DNA of 64,000 nucleotides, from the NCBI GenBank assembly GCA_050950825.1, contig JBMNIH010000003.1, positions 32,001-96,000 of the forward strand, given 5' to 3'. Every line of letters begins with the position of its first letter. The stretch's first letter is position 1. The position numbers were made by a program, and so were the translations under genes. Below are positions 38,684-49,247 of this stretch, one piece after another. The notes below the pieces were generated by a model, which ran no database searches, was not told the DNA's origin, and was given only the letters and a program-made list of their open reading frames with translations. Origin of the DNA: Clostridia bacterium (GTDB lineage: Bacteria > Bacillota > Clostridia > JAAYHZ01).

Positions 38684-40818
38684 AGCGCAGTCTCCTTTTT
38701 GCAAGTTTTAGACTTTTTCTTATTTATGAAATCCACGTTATACCCAAAAGCAAAAAGAATGATCAAATCCAAAAAACCCATAGCCTCGGAAAACAGAACC
38801 AAGGCTATCGAGAATATGCCTATGGAAATAACCTTTGCCGCATCGTTTTTTCTTTCCTTGAAAAGCTTGACCGGTACAAAAAACGCCGTCAAGCAAAAGA
38901 CAAACAAGGAGACCAAGCCTCCTTCGATGGTCAGCTGCAAAAACTGGTTGTGAGCGCTCAAAAGACCGTCTCTGGCCGTAGGAACAATGTTATAGTCTCC
39001 GGTCATTCCGCGACCTAATACGGGTTTTTCTTTGATCATCTCGATAGCGTTATCCCATAAGTTAATTCTTCCCGACAAGTTTTCAACTCTTTTTGCATCC
39101 TTTTTCAATAACCGTACAAATATATCCGTATACTTTTTTTGAACCTCAAAAACGAACACCGATACAAAAACGCCGATATACGCTAACGAATAGGTGATTA
39201 CGTTGAATACGATCTCCCTTTTCATGATGAAGGGGAAAAGGTAGTAAACAAGGATCGGTATCCACGAAGCGATATTGGATCCGGATTCCGCATAATAGAT
39301 CATATACGTACAAACACCCAGCATACCGGCAATAAGTATGCTTCGAAGCCAATGCTTTTTCTGTACGTTCCTCAACGATAGCATTACCATTGTGAGGATA
39401 TAGATCGGCGACAATTGGTTGGCATGTCTTAAGAAAAACCAATATTTTCTCGTAAGGTTAAGAGGGTTCGTAATCATCGTCACGAAATTAATCAACACCA
39501 AAATGCTCAAGACCGTTGCAAAGGCCGAAACCAATTGCCTCGGTTTTTTCTTAAGTCCCAGTTCAAAGAATGTATAGGCACCGATGATCGGGTAAGCCTC
39601 GGATATGACGGCTTTAACGGATCCGTCATTGATAATTGTAGATATCCCCTTACAGACATACAACAGCAAAAGACCTAAAAATACCGGGGAATAGGACCGC
39701 CTGCATTTATATACATAGATCAAAAAAGAAAGTACAAATACGATTCGTAGGCCGGTCAAGTAAACCGTGCTTACCGTATCCCATTCCAAATGAGTAACGT
39801 AATAGGGCTTGTAAAAGACGGCGGAAGCAAAGAAAAATAGGAGAAAATAAAATACATTTACCGAACGGGACAAGAAAGTCACGAACTTGTTTGTGTATTT
39901 GTATAGGTGCTTGTTGGTTTTAAACAAGAAGGCCTTGGCTTTGTTGCGAAAGCTTAAGGGTTTTCCCGTTAAAAACTCTTTGTCGTAAAGATCGTTGTAT
40001 TTTTTCCCGTACAAGTTTCCGGTATGAACCCCGTTTAAAAACAACATGGCCAGGTAATCGTTTAAAAGGCTTTTAAGCTCTTGGTCTTCCAAGGCTTCAT
40101 AAAGCTCCTCAAGCTCGTAGCAGGTTTTTACCAAATCGATTCCGTTTTTCCTTTGGTTCTTCTTCCTCATGATGGAGTCTTTTCGAACTACGTAATAATA
40201 GAAAGGGAATTTTACGTACTTGACTTTTCGAGCTTTTAAGAAAACCCTCGGCGTCCACTGTTGGTCTTCATGAAGGATTCCTTTTTTAAAGAACAATTCG
40301 TTTTCTATCAAAAAATCTCTTCGATGCAAATGAAGCCATGCGGTCATGTACATTTTATCGGCCTTCAGCTGTATTTTCATAAACTCTTTTCCGGTTAATA
40401 CGGAATCCGAAGGAATTTCAACATGGCTCATTTCAACCTCTTCGTCCCCTTGTATTTGAACCGCATCCCCTACAAGGATATCCATGCCTTCTTGCAGCTG
40501 CTCACAAAAAACCTCGCAGGTTTTTTCGTGAATATAGTCGTCGGAGTCCACGAACAGAACATAGTCTCCCGAGGCTTTCAAAAGCCCTGCGTTTCGTGCA
40601 TCGGAAAGGCCCCCGTTTTCTTTGTGTATCACGTGCACACGAGGATCTTCTTTTCCGTAGGCATCGCAAATTTGAGGACATTCATCCGGACTGCCGTCGT
40701 CCACAAGTATAACTTCAATGTCTTTCATGGTTTGGTTTAATATGCTGTCTACGCATCGATGTATCGTACTTTCCGTCATATACACCGGTACGACGATGGA
40801 AATCTTCGGTTTTAACAT
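38680..40818 (-). CDS. Fusion of a GT2 glycosyltransferase and a Wzy/O-antigen ligase-like membrane domain
   Basis: SIVVPVY, VDDGSPD, NGGLSDARNAG, FVDSDD, HED; then about 10 TM helices with SGRINLW, KPVLGRG, SAHNQFLQ..EGG. Confidence 0.87.
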   Translation of the reverse strand: MLKPKISIVVPVYMTESTIHRCVDSILNQTMKDIEVILVDDGSPDECPQICDAYGKEDPRVHVIHKENGGLSDARNAGLLKASGDYVLFVDSDDYIHEKTCEVFCEQLQEGMDILVGDAVQIQGDEEVEMSHVEIPSDSVLTGKEFMKIQLKADKMYMTAWLHLHRRDFLIENELFFKKGILHEDQQWTPRVFLKARKVKYVKFPFYYYVVRKDSIMRKKNQRKNGIDLVKTCYELEELYEALEDQELKSLLNDYLAMLFLNGVHTGNLYGKKYNDLYDKEFLTGKPLSFRNKAKAFLFKTNKHLYKYTNKFVTFLSRSVNVFYFLLFFFASAVFYKPYYVTHLEWDTVSTVYLTGLRIVFVLSFLIYVYKCRRSYSPVFLGLLLLYVCKGISTIINDGSVKAVISEAYPIIGAYTFFELGLKKKPRQLVSAFATVLSILVLINFVTMITNPLNLTRKYWFFLRHANQLSPIYILTMVMLSLRNVQKKHWLRSILIAGMLGVCTYMIYYAESGSNIASWIPILVYYLFPFIMKREIVFNVITYSLAYIGVFVSVFVFEVQKKYTDIFVRLLKKDAKRVENLSGRINLWDNAIEMIKEKPVLGRGMTGDYNIVPTARDGLLSAHNQFLQLTIEGGLVSLFVFCLTAFFVPVKLFKERKNDAAKVISIGIFSIALVLFSEAMGFLDLIILFAFGYNVDFINKKKSKTCKKETAL

Positions 40819-40829
40819 GAGCATCCCCT

Positions 40830-41876
40830 TTAACGAACAAAATTTAAAACTTTCTCTTTAAAATCCTTGTTTTCTTTTATAACGACCTCCAAAAATCGTC
40901 TTCGTCCTTGATCAAAAAGTTCTACTTGAAAGCTTCTTATATAACCCAACACGGCATCTTCCGTATTATTGAAATCTTTGATTACAAGCCCCAGATCGTA
41001 TTCTTTCACAACCTCCGACAAATACGTCCCCTCAAAAGCGATAACGGGTTTTCCGTATATGGCGGCATTGTACAGCCGGTTTGTAAGGAAGGTTTTGCAA
41101 TTGATAAAATCGTTAGGCTCCAAAGCGTTGATCATATCGGAGCTCAAGTACAAAGAAGGCTCTTGTTCTCTTACATACCTTCCCGTAAGCTCTACGTTTC
41201 TTATGGGGCTTTGCTTTAAATAGGCATCGATGTCTTTGTTGACAAAGCCTTCCCCGTGAAACTTTAAGGATATACGCTTCGAATCCTTTAGAGCATTCAT
41301 AAAATCAACGGTTATTTGATATTCTCTTAAGGCCCCGATATAGTTTATAAAAATATGTTCTTTGGCGGGAAGGCTTGGATCCGCCTCATGGATGTTTTCT
41401 AAGGATTCGATTCGGGTATTATGGTTGACGGTATAGGTTTCTCCTTCGGGAAGCCATTGCTTGTATGCCGGCGACGATAAAACCGTAGAAGTCGCGTTTT
41501 GAATGGCCTTCTTCATATTAAAACAATGCATTAAAGGATGATAATCCCGTATATCGATGATGTACTTGTTCTTGTACTTCTTCAACAAATACCGATGCAA
41601 GAAAAACAAAAGCTGAATTCCGAAAACAACGATTTTATCGTATCGATATTTCTTCAGAAGCTTAAATACGAAGGAAGAGTACTTTACATAATCAAAAAAG
41701 CCTCTTTTGTAGCAAGCCTTTGAATCTCGGAAAACAAATTCGTTAATCTCTTCGATTTGAAATCGGTCCCATCGAATAACGTCGTATTTTATGCCCTCTT
41801 CGTCTAATATTTTTGTATAGTTTCCAACGTAAGGCATATACAACATATTGGCAGGACATACCAAAGCAATTTTCAT
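40830..41876 (-). CDS. Capsule glycosyltransferase (GT-B-like)
   Basis: YMPY..Y, IRWDR, DIRDY, NRLYNAAIYGKPVI; located inside the EPS operon. Confidence 0.7.
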   Translation of the reverse strand: MKIALVCPANMLYMPYVGNYTKILDEEGIKYDVIRWDRFQIEEINEFVFRDSKACYKRGFFDYVKYSSFVFKLLKKYRYDKIVVFGIQLLFFLHRYLLKKYKNKYIIDIRDYHPLMHCFNMKKAIQNATSTVLSSPAYKQWLPEGETYTVNHNTRIESLENIHEADPSLPAKEHIFINYIGALREYQITVDFMNALKDSKRISLKFHGEGFVNKDIDAYLKQSPIRNVELTGRYVREQEPSLYLSSDMINALEPNDFINCKTFLTNRLYNAAIYGKPVIAFEGTYLSEVVKEYDLGLVIKDFNNTEDAVLGYIRSFQVELFDQGRRRFLEVVIKENKDFKEKVLNFVR

Positions 41877-41929
41877 GACTTTTCTCCCGTAAACCGGTGT
41901 TTACAAACATTTTCAATCGATCGATACCA

Positions 41930-43159
41930 TTATACACCAAACCTTCGCATAATTCTTTCGTATGCGATCCTCGTATGAAAGTGTTCCTCCAAATACCGTC
42001 GTCCGTTTTCTCCTAATTGCGAAAGCTTATCCTTTTCCTCTATAACCTTCTTTAAAGTCTTTTTAAAATTTAGGGTATCGCCGCTTTCGCACCACCGGCC
42101 GAAGTCACCTTCTAAAATGGCGTCTTTTACGTCCGTATTTTTATCCGTTGCCGCCAAAACGGGCAAGCCGTGGTTCATGTAATCCAATATCCTCGAAGGA
42201 AAATTCGGTACCGTAAACCTTCGGTCCAAAAAGATCAACCCCACGTCGCAGGCTTCCAATAGCTCGTAGTATTCTTTGATCCTTAAGCTGTCCAACACGG
42301 TGATATATTCGTCGGAGGCCGTATTTTTGTATTCCTTGAGTTTATAAAAATCGGTTCCGGAGCCTACCATGACAAAATGAATTTCCTTGTTGTCCTCGTT
42401 GTCTTTTAGCACCCGAACAATATAGTCCACGTCTTGGGGCTTTCCGAAGTTACCTCCGTAAACGAATATCAATTTATCCGAAGGAAGTGAGAATCGTGCT
42501 CTTAGCATCCTTTTTCTTTTTTCTCTTTCCTCCGGGCTAACTAAATCCGTACGAGGGTTGATGGTATTCGGGCATATTTCAACTCGTTTCGGGTCCAAAT
42601 ACGGATTGTGTTTTAAAAGAAAATCCACATTGGCTTGGGACATGCAGCCGATGTAGTCGCTGATTAAATACAATTGTTTTTCTTTTCTTCGAAAATAACG
42701 ATATATAACGGCCGTCCATCCGGTTTTCTTTAACAGCCCGATATCGCAGGCGTTTTGAGGGAAAATGTCTTTTAGCATCAAATAGGAGGCCGCACCGTCT
42801 CTTTTCTTTAAAAAAGCCACCGTTTTGGTTACGGTTATCGGCGGTGTGGAATAAAGGACCAAATCGAACTTGACGTCTCCGAAATATTCTTGTATGGCTT
42901 TTTTAAATTGCATACCGATGAAAAAGGTGGAAATACCCTTTTCGATCCGGCCGGTTTTTGTGATGTTGCCGGTTTTCACCCGTAAGACCTTCATTCCGTG
43001 TTCGATGTTCATTTCGGTAGGAAGACCGCTCCGCCTTTCCCTTTGGCACACCACATAAACCGAATGTCCTTGGTCTCGAAAGTGCCGAAGCAAATCGGGA
43101 TAAACGGTGTTTTCGCCTAAATCTTGCAGTCCTCCGATGGAAAGAAACACGATGTTCAT
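41930..43159 (-). CDS. GT4 glycosyltransferase (WbuB/CapL-like)
   Basis: YSTPPIT, KDIFPQNA, YGGNFGKPQ, NFPSRILDYM..GLPVLA. Confidence 0.88.
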   Translation of the reverse strand: MNIVFLSIGGLQDLGENTVYPDLLRHFRDQGHSVYVVCQRERRSGLPTEMNIEHGMKVLRVKTGNITKTGRIEKGISTFFIGMQFKKAIQEYFGDVKFDLVLYSTPPITVTKTVAFLKKRDGAASYLMLKDIFPQNACDIGLLKKTGWTAVIYRYFRRKEKQLYLISDYIGCMSQANVDFLLKHNPYLDPKRVEICPNTINPRTDLVSPEEREKRKRMLRARFSLPSDKLIFVYGGNFGKPQDVDYIVRVLKDNEDNKEIHFVMVGSGTDFYKLKEYKNTASDEYITVLDSLRIKEYYELLEACDVGLIFLDRRFTVPNFPSRILDYMNHGLPVLAATDKNTDVKDAILEGDFGRWCESGDTLNFKKTLKKVIEEKDKLSQLGENGRRYLEEHFHTRIAYERIMRRFGV

Positions 43160-43172
43160 ATCAATCTATCCT

Positions 43173-44213
43173 TCAGAATTCTCGGTATTGGGGGAAGAAT
43201 CCGTTGTTGCACTGAAACCCCCGTTCCCCGTTTCGAATGGCCATAATCTCGTCGTATTTTTCCCGATTAAATATTCTTTTGCCGATATAAAAGCGCCGGA
43301 TGTTATCGGGAGCAAAGCTTTTCTTAAATCGAAAGATGCCGTCGTCTTTACCGTATCCGCCGCCTAAGACGAAACGTTTCAATCCTTTTTCCTTCAACCA
43401 CTTAATGGCCTCCACCTTCAAAAAATCGTTCGGCCTTAAGTGAAAATATCGGCTGTCGGTTCCTCCTAAGAAGGAATAGCCGTTTTCCTTTCCGTACAGG
43501 ATCAGCTCCGTTGAAATGACCTTGTCCTCGTAAAGAACGTGAATATATACCGTATTTTCCTTTAATTCATTGATGGTATGAAAAAATTCTTCGGGAAAAT
43601 AATAGTAGGATTTGGCATCCTTTCGGTCCATGGTCCCGTAATACACGTCAAGAAAATCCTTCAGTCGTCTTCCCTCTTCGTCGATTTCCACTTGCAGCCC
43701 TGCCGTATGAGCCCTTTTCATATTCTTCCTCACTTTATGCTCAAAGCCTTTGATGATGTCCTCCATATCCGGATCCAAAGGACATACCACGTTGCCGGTA
43801 CAGGACTCGATTTTGCCTTCAAAAACATCCGTATACTTGGTGTACAAATGGAAACGAATAAACTCGGATATGTACCCTTTTTCTTTGCATAATTCCACGT
43901 ATTCTTTCTCTAAAGATTCACAGCCTTCCCCTTCAATCCAAAACCCGCCGTAGCCGTAGGGCGTGGAAAGGTCGAACCAACGGTTCTTTTCCAATTTCCC
44001 TAAAAAGGGCTTGCTTTCGGCAATGTCTCTTTTCATAACTACATTCATGGCTTTCGCCGTATCGCTTTCGTAATAGAACAACAACGGTTTTCCGTCTCCG
44101 ATTCTTTCATACGCTTTGGCATAGCAACTTAAATAATAGACGTCGTAACGGTCAAAGCTTTTTACAATGGAATCCCATTTTGCCGATTCTTCTATAGGTA
44201 CGATGGTTATCAT
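43173..44213 (-). CDS. FemAB-like GNAT protein (possible aminoacyl/acyl transferase for the sugar)
   Basis: TPYGYGG, EFIRFH, YYGTMDRK, SFLGGT, RPNDFL, VLGGG, FKKSF. Confidence 0.8.
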   Translation of the reverse strand: MITIVPIEESAKWDSIVKSFDRYDVYYLSCYAKAYERIGDGKPLLFYYESDTAKAMNVVMKRDIAESKPFLGKLEKNRWFDLSTPYGYGGFWIEGEGCESLEKEYVELCKEKGYISEFIRFHLYTKYTDVFEGKIESCTGNVVCPLDPDMEDIIKGFEHKVRKNMKRAHTAGLQVEIDEEGRRLKDFLDVYYGTMDRKDAKSYYYFPEEFFHTINELKENTVYIHVLYEDKVISTELILYGKENGYSFLGGTDSRYFHLRPNDFLKVEAIKWLKEKGLKRFVLGGGYGKDDGIFRFKKSFAPDNIRRFYIGKRIFNREKYDEIMAIRNGERGFQCNNGFFPQYREF

Positions 44214-44710
44214 GATAAACGATTTTCTCCTCTGTCCTTTACCTTTTTTTCAAACTGCAGCCTTGTAACATAAAATCCCTGTTTTTCATAAAAACGAATC
44301 ACGTTTTCATTTTCCTTTGTAGCCATAAGCTCCATTGTTTGTATTCCTTCATCAAACGCAATTCTTTCGATGCAATCCAAAAGTTTTGTTCCGACACCTT
44401 GCCCCCTGTATGCCGAATCGACGGCAATCTCGCTGATATGAAGCCTTGTCTCCCCTAAGAAGCTTCTTTTGTATGCCCATAAAAATCCGATGATCTTCCG
44501 GTCAACAAAGGCGCCGATGAGCATGGCGGATCCGTCCTTGCAAAATCGGATCATGTCTTTGTATCGAGATTCCGCAAACTCGTGTAAGCCGCCTTTGCCG
44601 GGAAAATTCAACCGGTAGTTTTCATAAAGCAGCCGAGTAATTTCGTCGGGATTTTTCTGCAAATCTTCCGTTTTAACAGGCCGAAATACGATATCTTTAG
44701 CCGCTTCCAT
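44210..44710 (-). CDS. GNAT N-acetyltransferase
   Basis: IAVDSAYRGQGVGTKLL, N...FYEKQGF. Confidence 0.9.
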   Translation of the reverse strand: MEAAKDIVFRPVKTEDLQKNPDEITRLLYENYRLNFPGKGGLHEFAESRYKDMIRFCKDGSAMLIGAFVDRKIIGFLWAYKRSFLGETRLHISEIAVDSAYRGQGVGTKLLDCIERIAFDEGIQTMELMATKENENVIRFYEKQGFYVTRLQFEKKVKDRGENRLS

Positions 44711-45392
44711 TTCGCCTTTCTCCTCTTTCCGTATCCAGGTCCTTCAAAATGTGCTCCTCTCCTACAAGTATGTCCTTTCTTTGAAAGACCGCTAGGACCG
44801 TTTTTATTACAATTCTCATATCGTTTAAAAAGGTAATATTCTTAACATATTCGATATCTTTTAAAAACCGCTCGTCCCAAGACAGCGCGTTTCTTCCGCT
44901 GATTTGGGCAAGTCCTGTAATCCCCGGCCTTACGCTGCTTCGTGCTCTTTCATGCTCGTAATAATAGGGCAAGTACCGAACCAAAAGAGGCCTGGGCCCT
45001 ACAAAGCTCATATCACCTTTTAGAATATTAAACAGCTCCGGCAGCTCGTCCAAGGAGGTGGATCGTAACAGTTTTCCGAATCTCGTCAGCCTTTGGTGGT
45101 CCGGAAGAAGCCTTCCCTCCTTGTCCCTCTCATCGGTCATGGTCCGAAACTTGTACATGACGAATATCTTCTCATAAAGCCCGGGCCTTTCTTGCTTGAA
45201 AAGGACGGGCTTTCCTAAGTTTATTCTCACAAGTATCGCTAATATGAACATGACGGGACTTAATATGACGATCGCCAAAAAAGACAAAACAAAATCCATG
45301 GGTCTTTTTATATATCGGCAATATATGCCGTTTTTAACCGTCACCCGATTTTCCTTGTCCGTAATATGTCGATCTTTTCGAAACCCCCTCAT
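44697..45392 (-). CDS. PglC-type initiating phosphoglycosyl transferase
   Basis: KRPMD, FKQERPG, KFRTM, LRSTSLDELPEL, MSFVGPRP, RPGITGLAQ. Start could be GTG near 45344. Confidence 0.93.
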   Translation of the reverse strand: MRGFRKDRHITDKENRVTVKNGIYCRYIKRPMDFVLSFLAIVILSPVMFILAILVRINLGKPVLFKQERPGLYEKIFVMYKFRTMTDERDKEGRLLPDHQRLTRFGKLLRSTSLDELPELFNILKGDMSFVGPRPLLVRYLPYYYEHERARSSVRPGITGLAQISGRNALSWDERFLKDIEYVKNITFLNDMRIVIKTVLAVFQRKDILVGEEHILKDLDTERGERRNGSG

Positions 45393-45604
45393 CTTTTACC
45401 CTAACCCGTAATTGATCGTTTTTTAAAATCATTAACGGTCTTATGTTACCTCAAATCATAAAATATGGCAATAACCAAAACTTGCTATAAAAGCGCCGAA
45501 AATGGTTGTATCCGTTGAAATTTGTACCGGATCGTGGTATTGTTTATATATATTAACAATTGTTTGCGGAATCGATCCGAAAACGAAAACCGGGTGACGT
45601 TTAC

Positions 45605-46282
45605 ATGAGAAAATCGATTACAATACTCTTGTTCTTTACCATTCTTTTCTCTTTTCTTCTTGTTTCCTGCACCGATTCGGACGGAAATTTTGAGGATATT
45701 AAAAACGTAACCTTTGATTACGACACTACGCCCTACCTTGACGAAGCCGTTATACGGATGGAGAATTTTTCTTTTCAATTTCTCGATTGCCTTCTCGTTC
45801 CGGCGGACGATTACGGTGAAAACGATTGCCTTATGATACGGGATCTCTTAGAGGATATTATTATTATAAAACCTTCCTTTTTGAAGCCGGTTGTAGGCGC
45901 ATACAAATCCGTCGGCGGGGACGGGTACTTGCTCATGCTTTTGAATTTTGATCCCGAAGAGGATTTGGCGGAACGAGGTCCCTTCGAGCCCCGCATGAAA
46001 ATTCAAGCCATTGACAACTTCGGAGAAGAAGCCGTTTTAATGTACAATTCCTTGCACAAATCCACCGTGGATGCGGAATTTCCCTACGGAATCCTCATTT
46101 TCAAAGCCAATTACGATGCGGATACCATCTTTTTTATGTTTGACGATCAAAAGTTTAAGCTGGATTTCTATTATTCCGACAGCGATGAAGACGATGGCAG
46201 CGATAAAAACAACGAAGAAGGGCGAGAGGAAATGTATCTTCACAAAACCGAATGCATACATCTCTTACCCGCCCGTTTATAA
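45605..46282 (+). CDS. Hypothetical lipoprotein
   Basis: MRKS, hydrophobic stretch, LVSC lipobox; acidic C-terminus. Confidence 0.65.
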   Translation: MRKSITILLFFTILFSFLLVSCTDSDGNFEDIKNVTFDYDTTPYLDEAVIRMENFSFQFLDCLLVPADDYGENDCLMIRDLLEDIIIIKPSFLKPVVGAYKSVGGDGYLLMLLNFDPEEDLAERGPFEPRMKIQAIDNFGEEAVLMYNSLHKSTVDAEFPYGILIFKANYDADTIFFMFDDQKFKLDFYYSDSDEDDGSDKNNEEGREEMYLHKTECIHLLPARL

Positions 46283-46292
46283 GAAATGCGCT

Positions 46293-49070
46293 TTATAACG
46301 AAGCCTCGTATTCGATTGTAACGGAAGTCACGTAAGGCGAATTGCCGCCGTTTTTGGCACCTAAGGCCAACATGTATTGTACATACCTTCCGGATAAAGC
46401 TTGGTCGTGAATTTCGCAAGGGCTTTCAAACCACGAATTCAGCCCGTTTTTTCCCATCCAAGGTGCGGATTCGATTTCTTCTTTGGTATCCGCACAGCGG
46501 ATCCGGCACTTGACCCATGTCAAAGGAGGAAGCTCCGCTTCCCAATTGACGGAACAAATTCTTGATTTTACATCAAGCTCTTTAACCTTGGAGATATAAA
46601 TCTCTTCTTCGCTTCGGTCCATGATATTTCCCGCATCCACCGCCATCAAGCCGTGGGGGCCGTATGTAGGAAGCCATACGATGTTTTCTTCTTTAAAGCC
46701 TTCCTCGGAGTTGTACCATATTTGGGAATACCCCTTATGGTCTCCGTAGGTTTTGTGATTGGCCACCGCCAAATCGATAAGGCCGTCGTTGTTAAAATCC
46801 AAGGCCAAGGAGCCGCAGGACGAATGGGTGAAAAACCTTTTTCGATGCTTTTCGGAATAGATGCCTCCCGGCTGTCCCCAATACAAATAGGCGTCAAGGT
46901 CTCGGTCTCTTCCGGAGTTGTAGGAGGTGATGAAAATGTCCAAGATACCGTCGTTGTTGAAATCCGCTACGGTGATGGAGTTGCTTGCATGACCGGGCAG
47001 CTGGGTGCATCTTCTTTTGTCAAAGCCGTCGGGTCCTCCCCAAAAAATGCTGACGCAAGAATCCTTCTTCCAATTCTTCGATTTGTACATGAATCCGCCT
47101 ACGATTAAATCCGGCCAGCCGTCCTTATTCAGGTCCGCCACTTGGGCGCAGACGCTGTTCACCACGGGAAGATAGGTGACGTTATCCTTTGAAAATCCGT
47201 CGGGTCCTCCCCACAGGATCATAAAGTGATCCCCCAATATTTGGGATACGCAAAGGTCCAAATACCCGTCGTTGTTCAAATCCGCCGCCAGCATAAAGCG
47301 AACCTCGCAATACTCGGTATCAAGCCTTGCCTTGTTGTCGGAAGGCGAGAATATATCCTTTGACGGAGGTACCGGTTCGTAGGAATCGTCCAATTTGGGA
47401 TCCAAAACGATCTTTTGCGGGTTTTCAAGATCAAACCCGTTTTCTCCCCCTTTGAATATTTTAATCACCGGGTTATGAAAACCTCCTACGGCGATATCCA
47501 GGTAGCCGGACTTTCGAAAGTCTCCGACGGCGCAGCCGTGGGCACGGTAGGTCGGAAAGACGGTTTTTCTGTCTTTTTTGAACCCGTCCGGCCCCCCGTG
47601 GTACAAGTAGCAGCCGGGGTCGATGCCTTGGGATACGGAATTCTCGGCGCAGTTGCACAAGAACAGGTCGTGTACTCCCCGATCAAAAAAATCACAGCAG
47701 ATCAAATCCACACCGGCCCAGGTGGACAAAACGTCTCTTCTTTCGGGGTCAAATCCGTCGGGTCCGTTGTAGTAGACGAAAAGGTCCACGTCTCCTCGAA
47801 CGCGGCCGCTTTCGTGGTTAACAAAGACGATTTGCTTTTTGTTTTTGCTGTCGGCGATATACACGTCCACGCAGTCGTGAACCGTATACTCCTTTATTTT
47901 CTCAACCCTTCGGTCCCTATGTAATTTATACACCGGGGTGTTGACGGTGTAGGTTATGCCGTTATTCCCCGAGCATAAGACAAGCTCCTTCAGGCCGTCG
48001 TTGTCGATGTCTCCTACGCATGCGCTGCGTAAGGATTGCGCAAAAAACGTTACGTATTCGCCGGGGTTGATGCCATCCTTCGTACCTTTGAAGATATAGC
48101 TTTGTTCCTCTTTTTCGATATCTTTGCAGACACATAAGACAAGATCGTTTTCATTCCTTTGAAAACAATCCGCCGACAGGGCGTATACCGAGCCCGGTAT
48201 ATCCAAGGAAAACGATAAAGTCAGTTCTTTGTTATGTCCGGTATAAAAGCACGCCTTATTGTCCTTTACGACGTACAAGTACACGGTATTTCCCAATTCC
48301 ACAAAGCAAGGGCGCCATGTATTGTTCCAAAGAAGGCGGGCTTCGGTAGAGCCTGCTCCTAAGCGCACGGGAGATGCCAAAAAATCGAAAACCGTCATTC
48401 GGTCTAAAGACAAGCCTTCTTCGGAACCCCAAAGGATCAGTACGGTGCCGTCGGCGCAGCGGACGCACAAATCGTCGTATCCGTCACGATCCAAGTCCCT
48501 AGCCTCTACAAATACGGCCTTGCCATGAAGTTCCATATCTTTAAAAGCCGTCTCGTAATATCCTTGTTCTTTGCAGAAGAAAATGCGTAAATTCCCTTCG
48601 GTAGCAAAGACCAAGTCTTTTTTACCCCGTCCCGAAAAATCCCCCGCCGCCACATCCGTTGCGTTCGATGCGGGAAGCTCGATTCGGTACCTTAAGGATA
48701 TGCCGTCATCGGACCCGTAATAGACAAAGGCGGGCACATCCGTATGGGTTCCGTTGTTTTGATGGGCTAAAACCAAAGAATCGTTTCCGTCTCCGAATAG
48801 GTCGGAAACCAAGCCTCCGTAGGCTCCTTGGGTAGGCAAGTACAAAAATTCGTCTTTTCGAATCGGCTCCGACACCACGGTTATATCCGGCCTTTCCCCC
48901 ATGTCTTGGCTGTTTGCAAAGGCCACGTCCGCATAACCGTCTTGGTTAAAATCATACCGGAATATCCTCTGAAGCCTTCCTTTTCGAGAAACGTAAAGGT
49001 TCTGTCCTCCGTTTCCGAAAGTACCTCCGATAAAATCCTCGAACCCCTTCTCAACCCATTTTTTTCTCAT
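46293..49070 (-). CDS. FG-GAP/VCBS repeat (beta-propeller) protein
   Basis: Many D(F/L)NxDGxxD motifs and W/YGGPDGF repeats. Start ATG 49070 with AGGAG. No signal peptide. Confidence 0.85.
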   Translation of the reverse strand: MRKKWVEKGFEDFIGGTFGNGGQNLYVSRKGRLQRIFRYDFNQDGYADVAFANSQDMGERPDITVVSEPIRKDEFLYLPTQGAYGGLVSDLFGDGNDSLVLAHQNNGTHTDVPAFVYYGSDDGISLRYRIELPASNATDVAAGDFSGRGKKDLVFATEGNLRIFFCKEQGYYETAFKDMELHGKAVFVEARDLDRDGYDDLCVRCADGTVLILWGSEEGLSLDRMTVFDFLASPVRLGAGSTEARLLWNNTWRPCFVELGNTVYLYVVKDNKACFYTGHNKELTLSFSLDIPGSVYALSADCFQRNENDLVLCVCKDIEKEEQSYIFKGTKDGINPGEYVTFFAQSLRSACVGDIDNDGLKELVLCSGNNGITYTVNTPVYKLHRDRRVEKIKEYTVHDCVDVYIADSKNKKQIVFVNHESGRVRGDVDLFVYYNGPDGFDPERRDVLSTWAGVDLICCDFFDRGVHDLFLCNCAENSVSQGIDPGCYLYHGGPDGFKKDRKTVFPTYRAHGCAVGDFRKSGYLDIAVGGFHNPVIKIFKGGENGFDLENPQKIVLDPKLDDSYEPVPPSKDIFSPSDNKARLDTEYCEVRFMLAADLNNDGYLDLCVSQILGDHFMILWGGPDGFSKDNVTYLPVVNSVCAQVADLNKDGWPDLIVGGFMYKSKNWKKDSCVSIFWGGPDGFDKRRCTQLPGHASNSITVADFNNDGILDIFITSYNSGRDRDLDAYLYWGQPGGIYSEKHRKRFFTHSSCGSLALDFNNDGLIDLAVANHKTYGDHKGYSQIWYNSEEGFKEENIVWLPTYGPHGLMAVDAGNIMDRSEEEIYISKVKELDVKSRICSVNWEAELPPLTWVKCRIRCADTKEEIESAPWMGKNGLNSWFESPCEIHDQALSGRYVQYMLALGAKNGGNSPYVTSVTIEYEASL

Positions 49071-49247
49071 GGCACGTCTCCTAACCGTCTTTTGGATTAT
49101 GAAATTTTTAAGGTTTTCCATATCATGTATGCCTTGATTATATGCCGGGGGAAAAAGCCGGTCAATATTTCTCCTTCTCTTGTTTTTTTAGGATTCTTTT
49201 CCGGTAGAATGGGTTTTAAGAACCCCGGGTTATGTGAGGTATATCCC

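Noticed and set aside
48828-49247. N-terminal extension of the URO-D-like ORF (also the extensions at 59357, 58167, 52451, 15839)
   Set aside because: These overlap opposite genes or lack an RBS. Internal ATGs with good SD sequences and family-typical N-termini were preferred.
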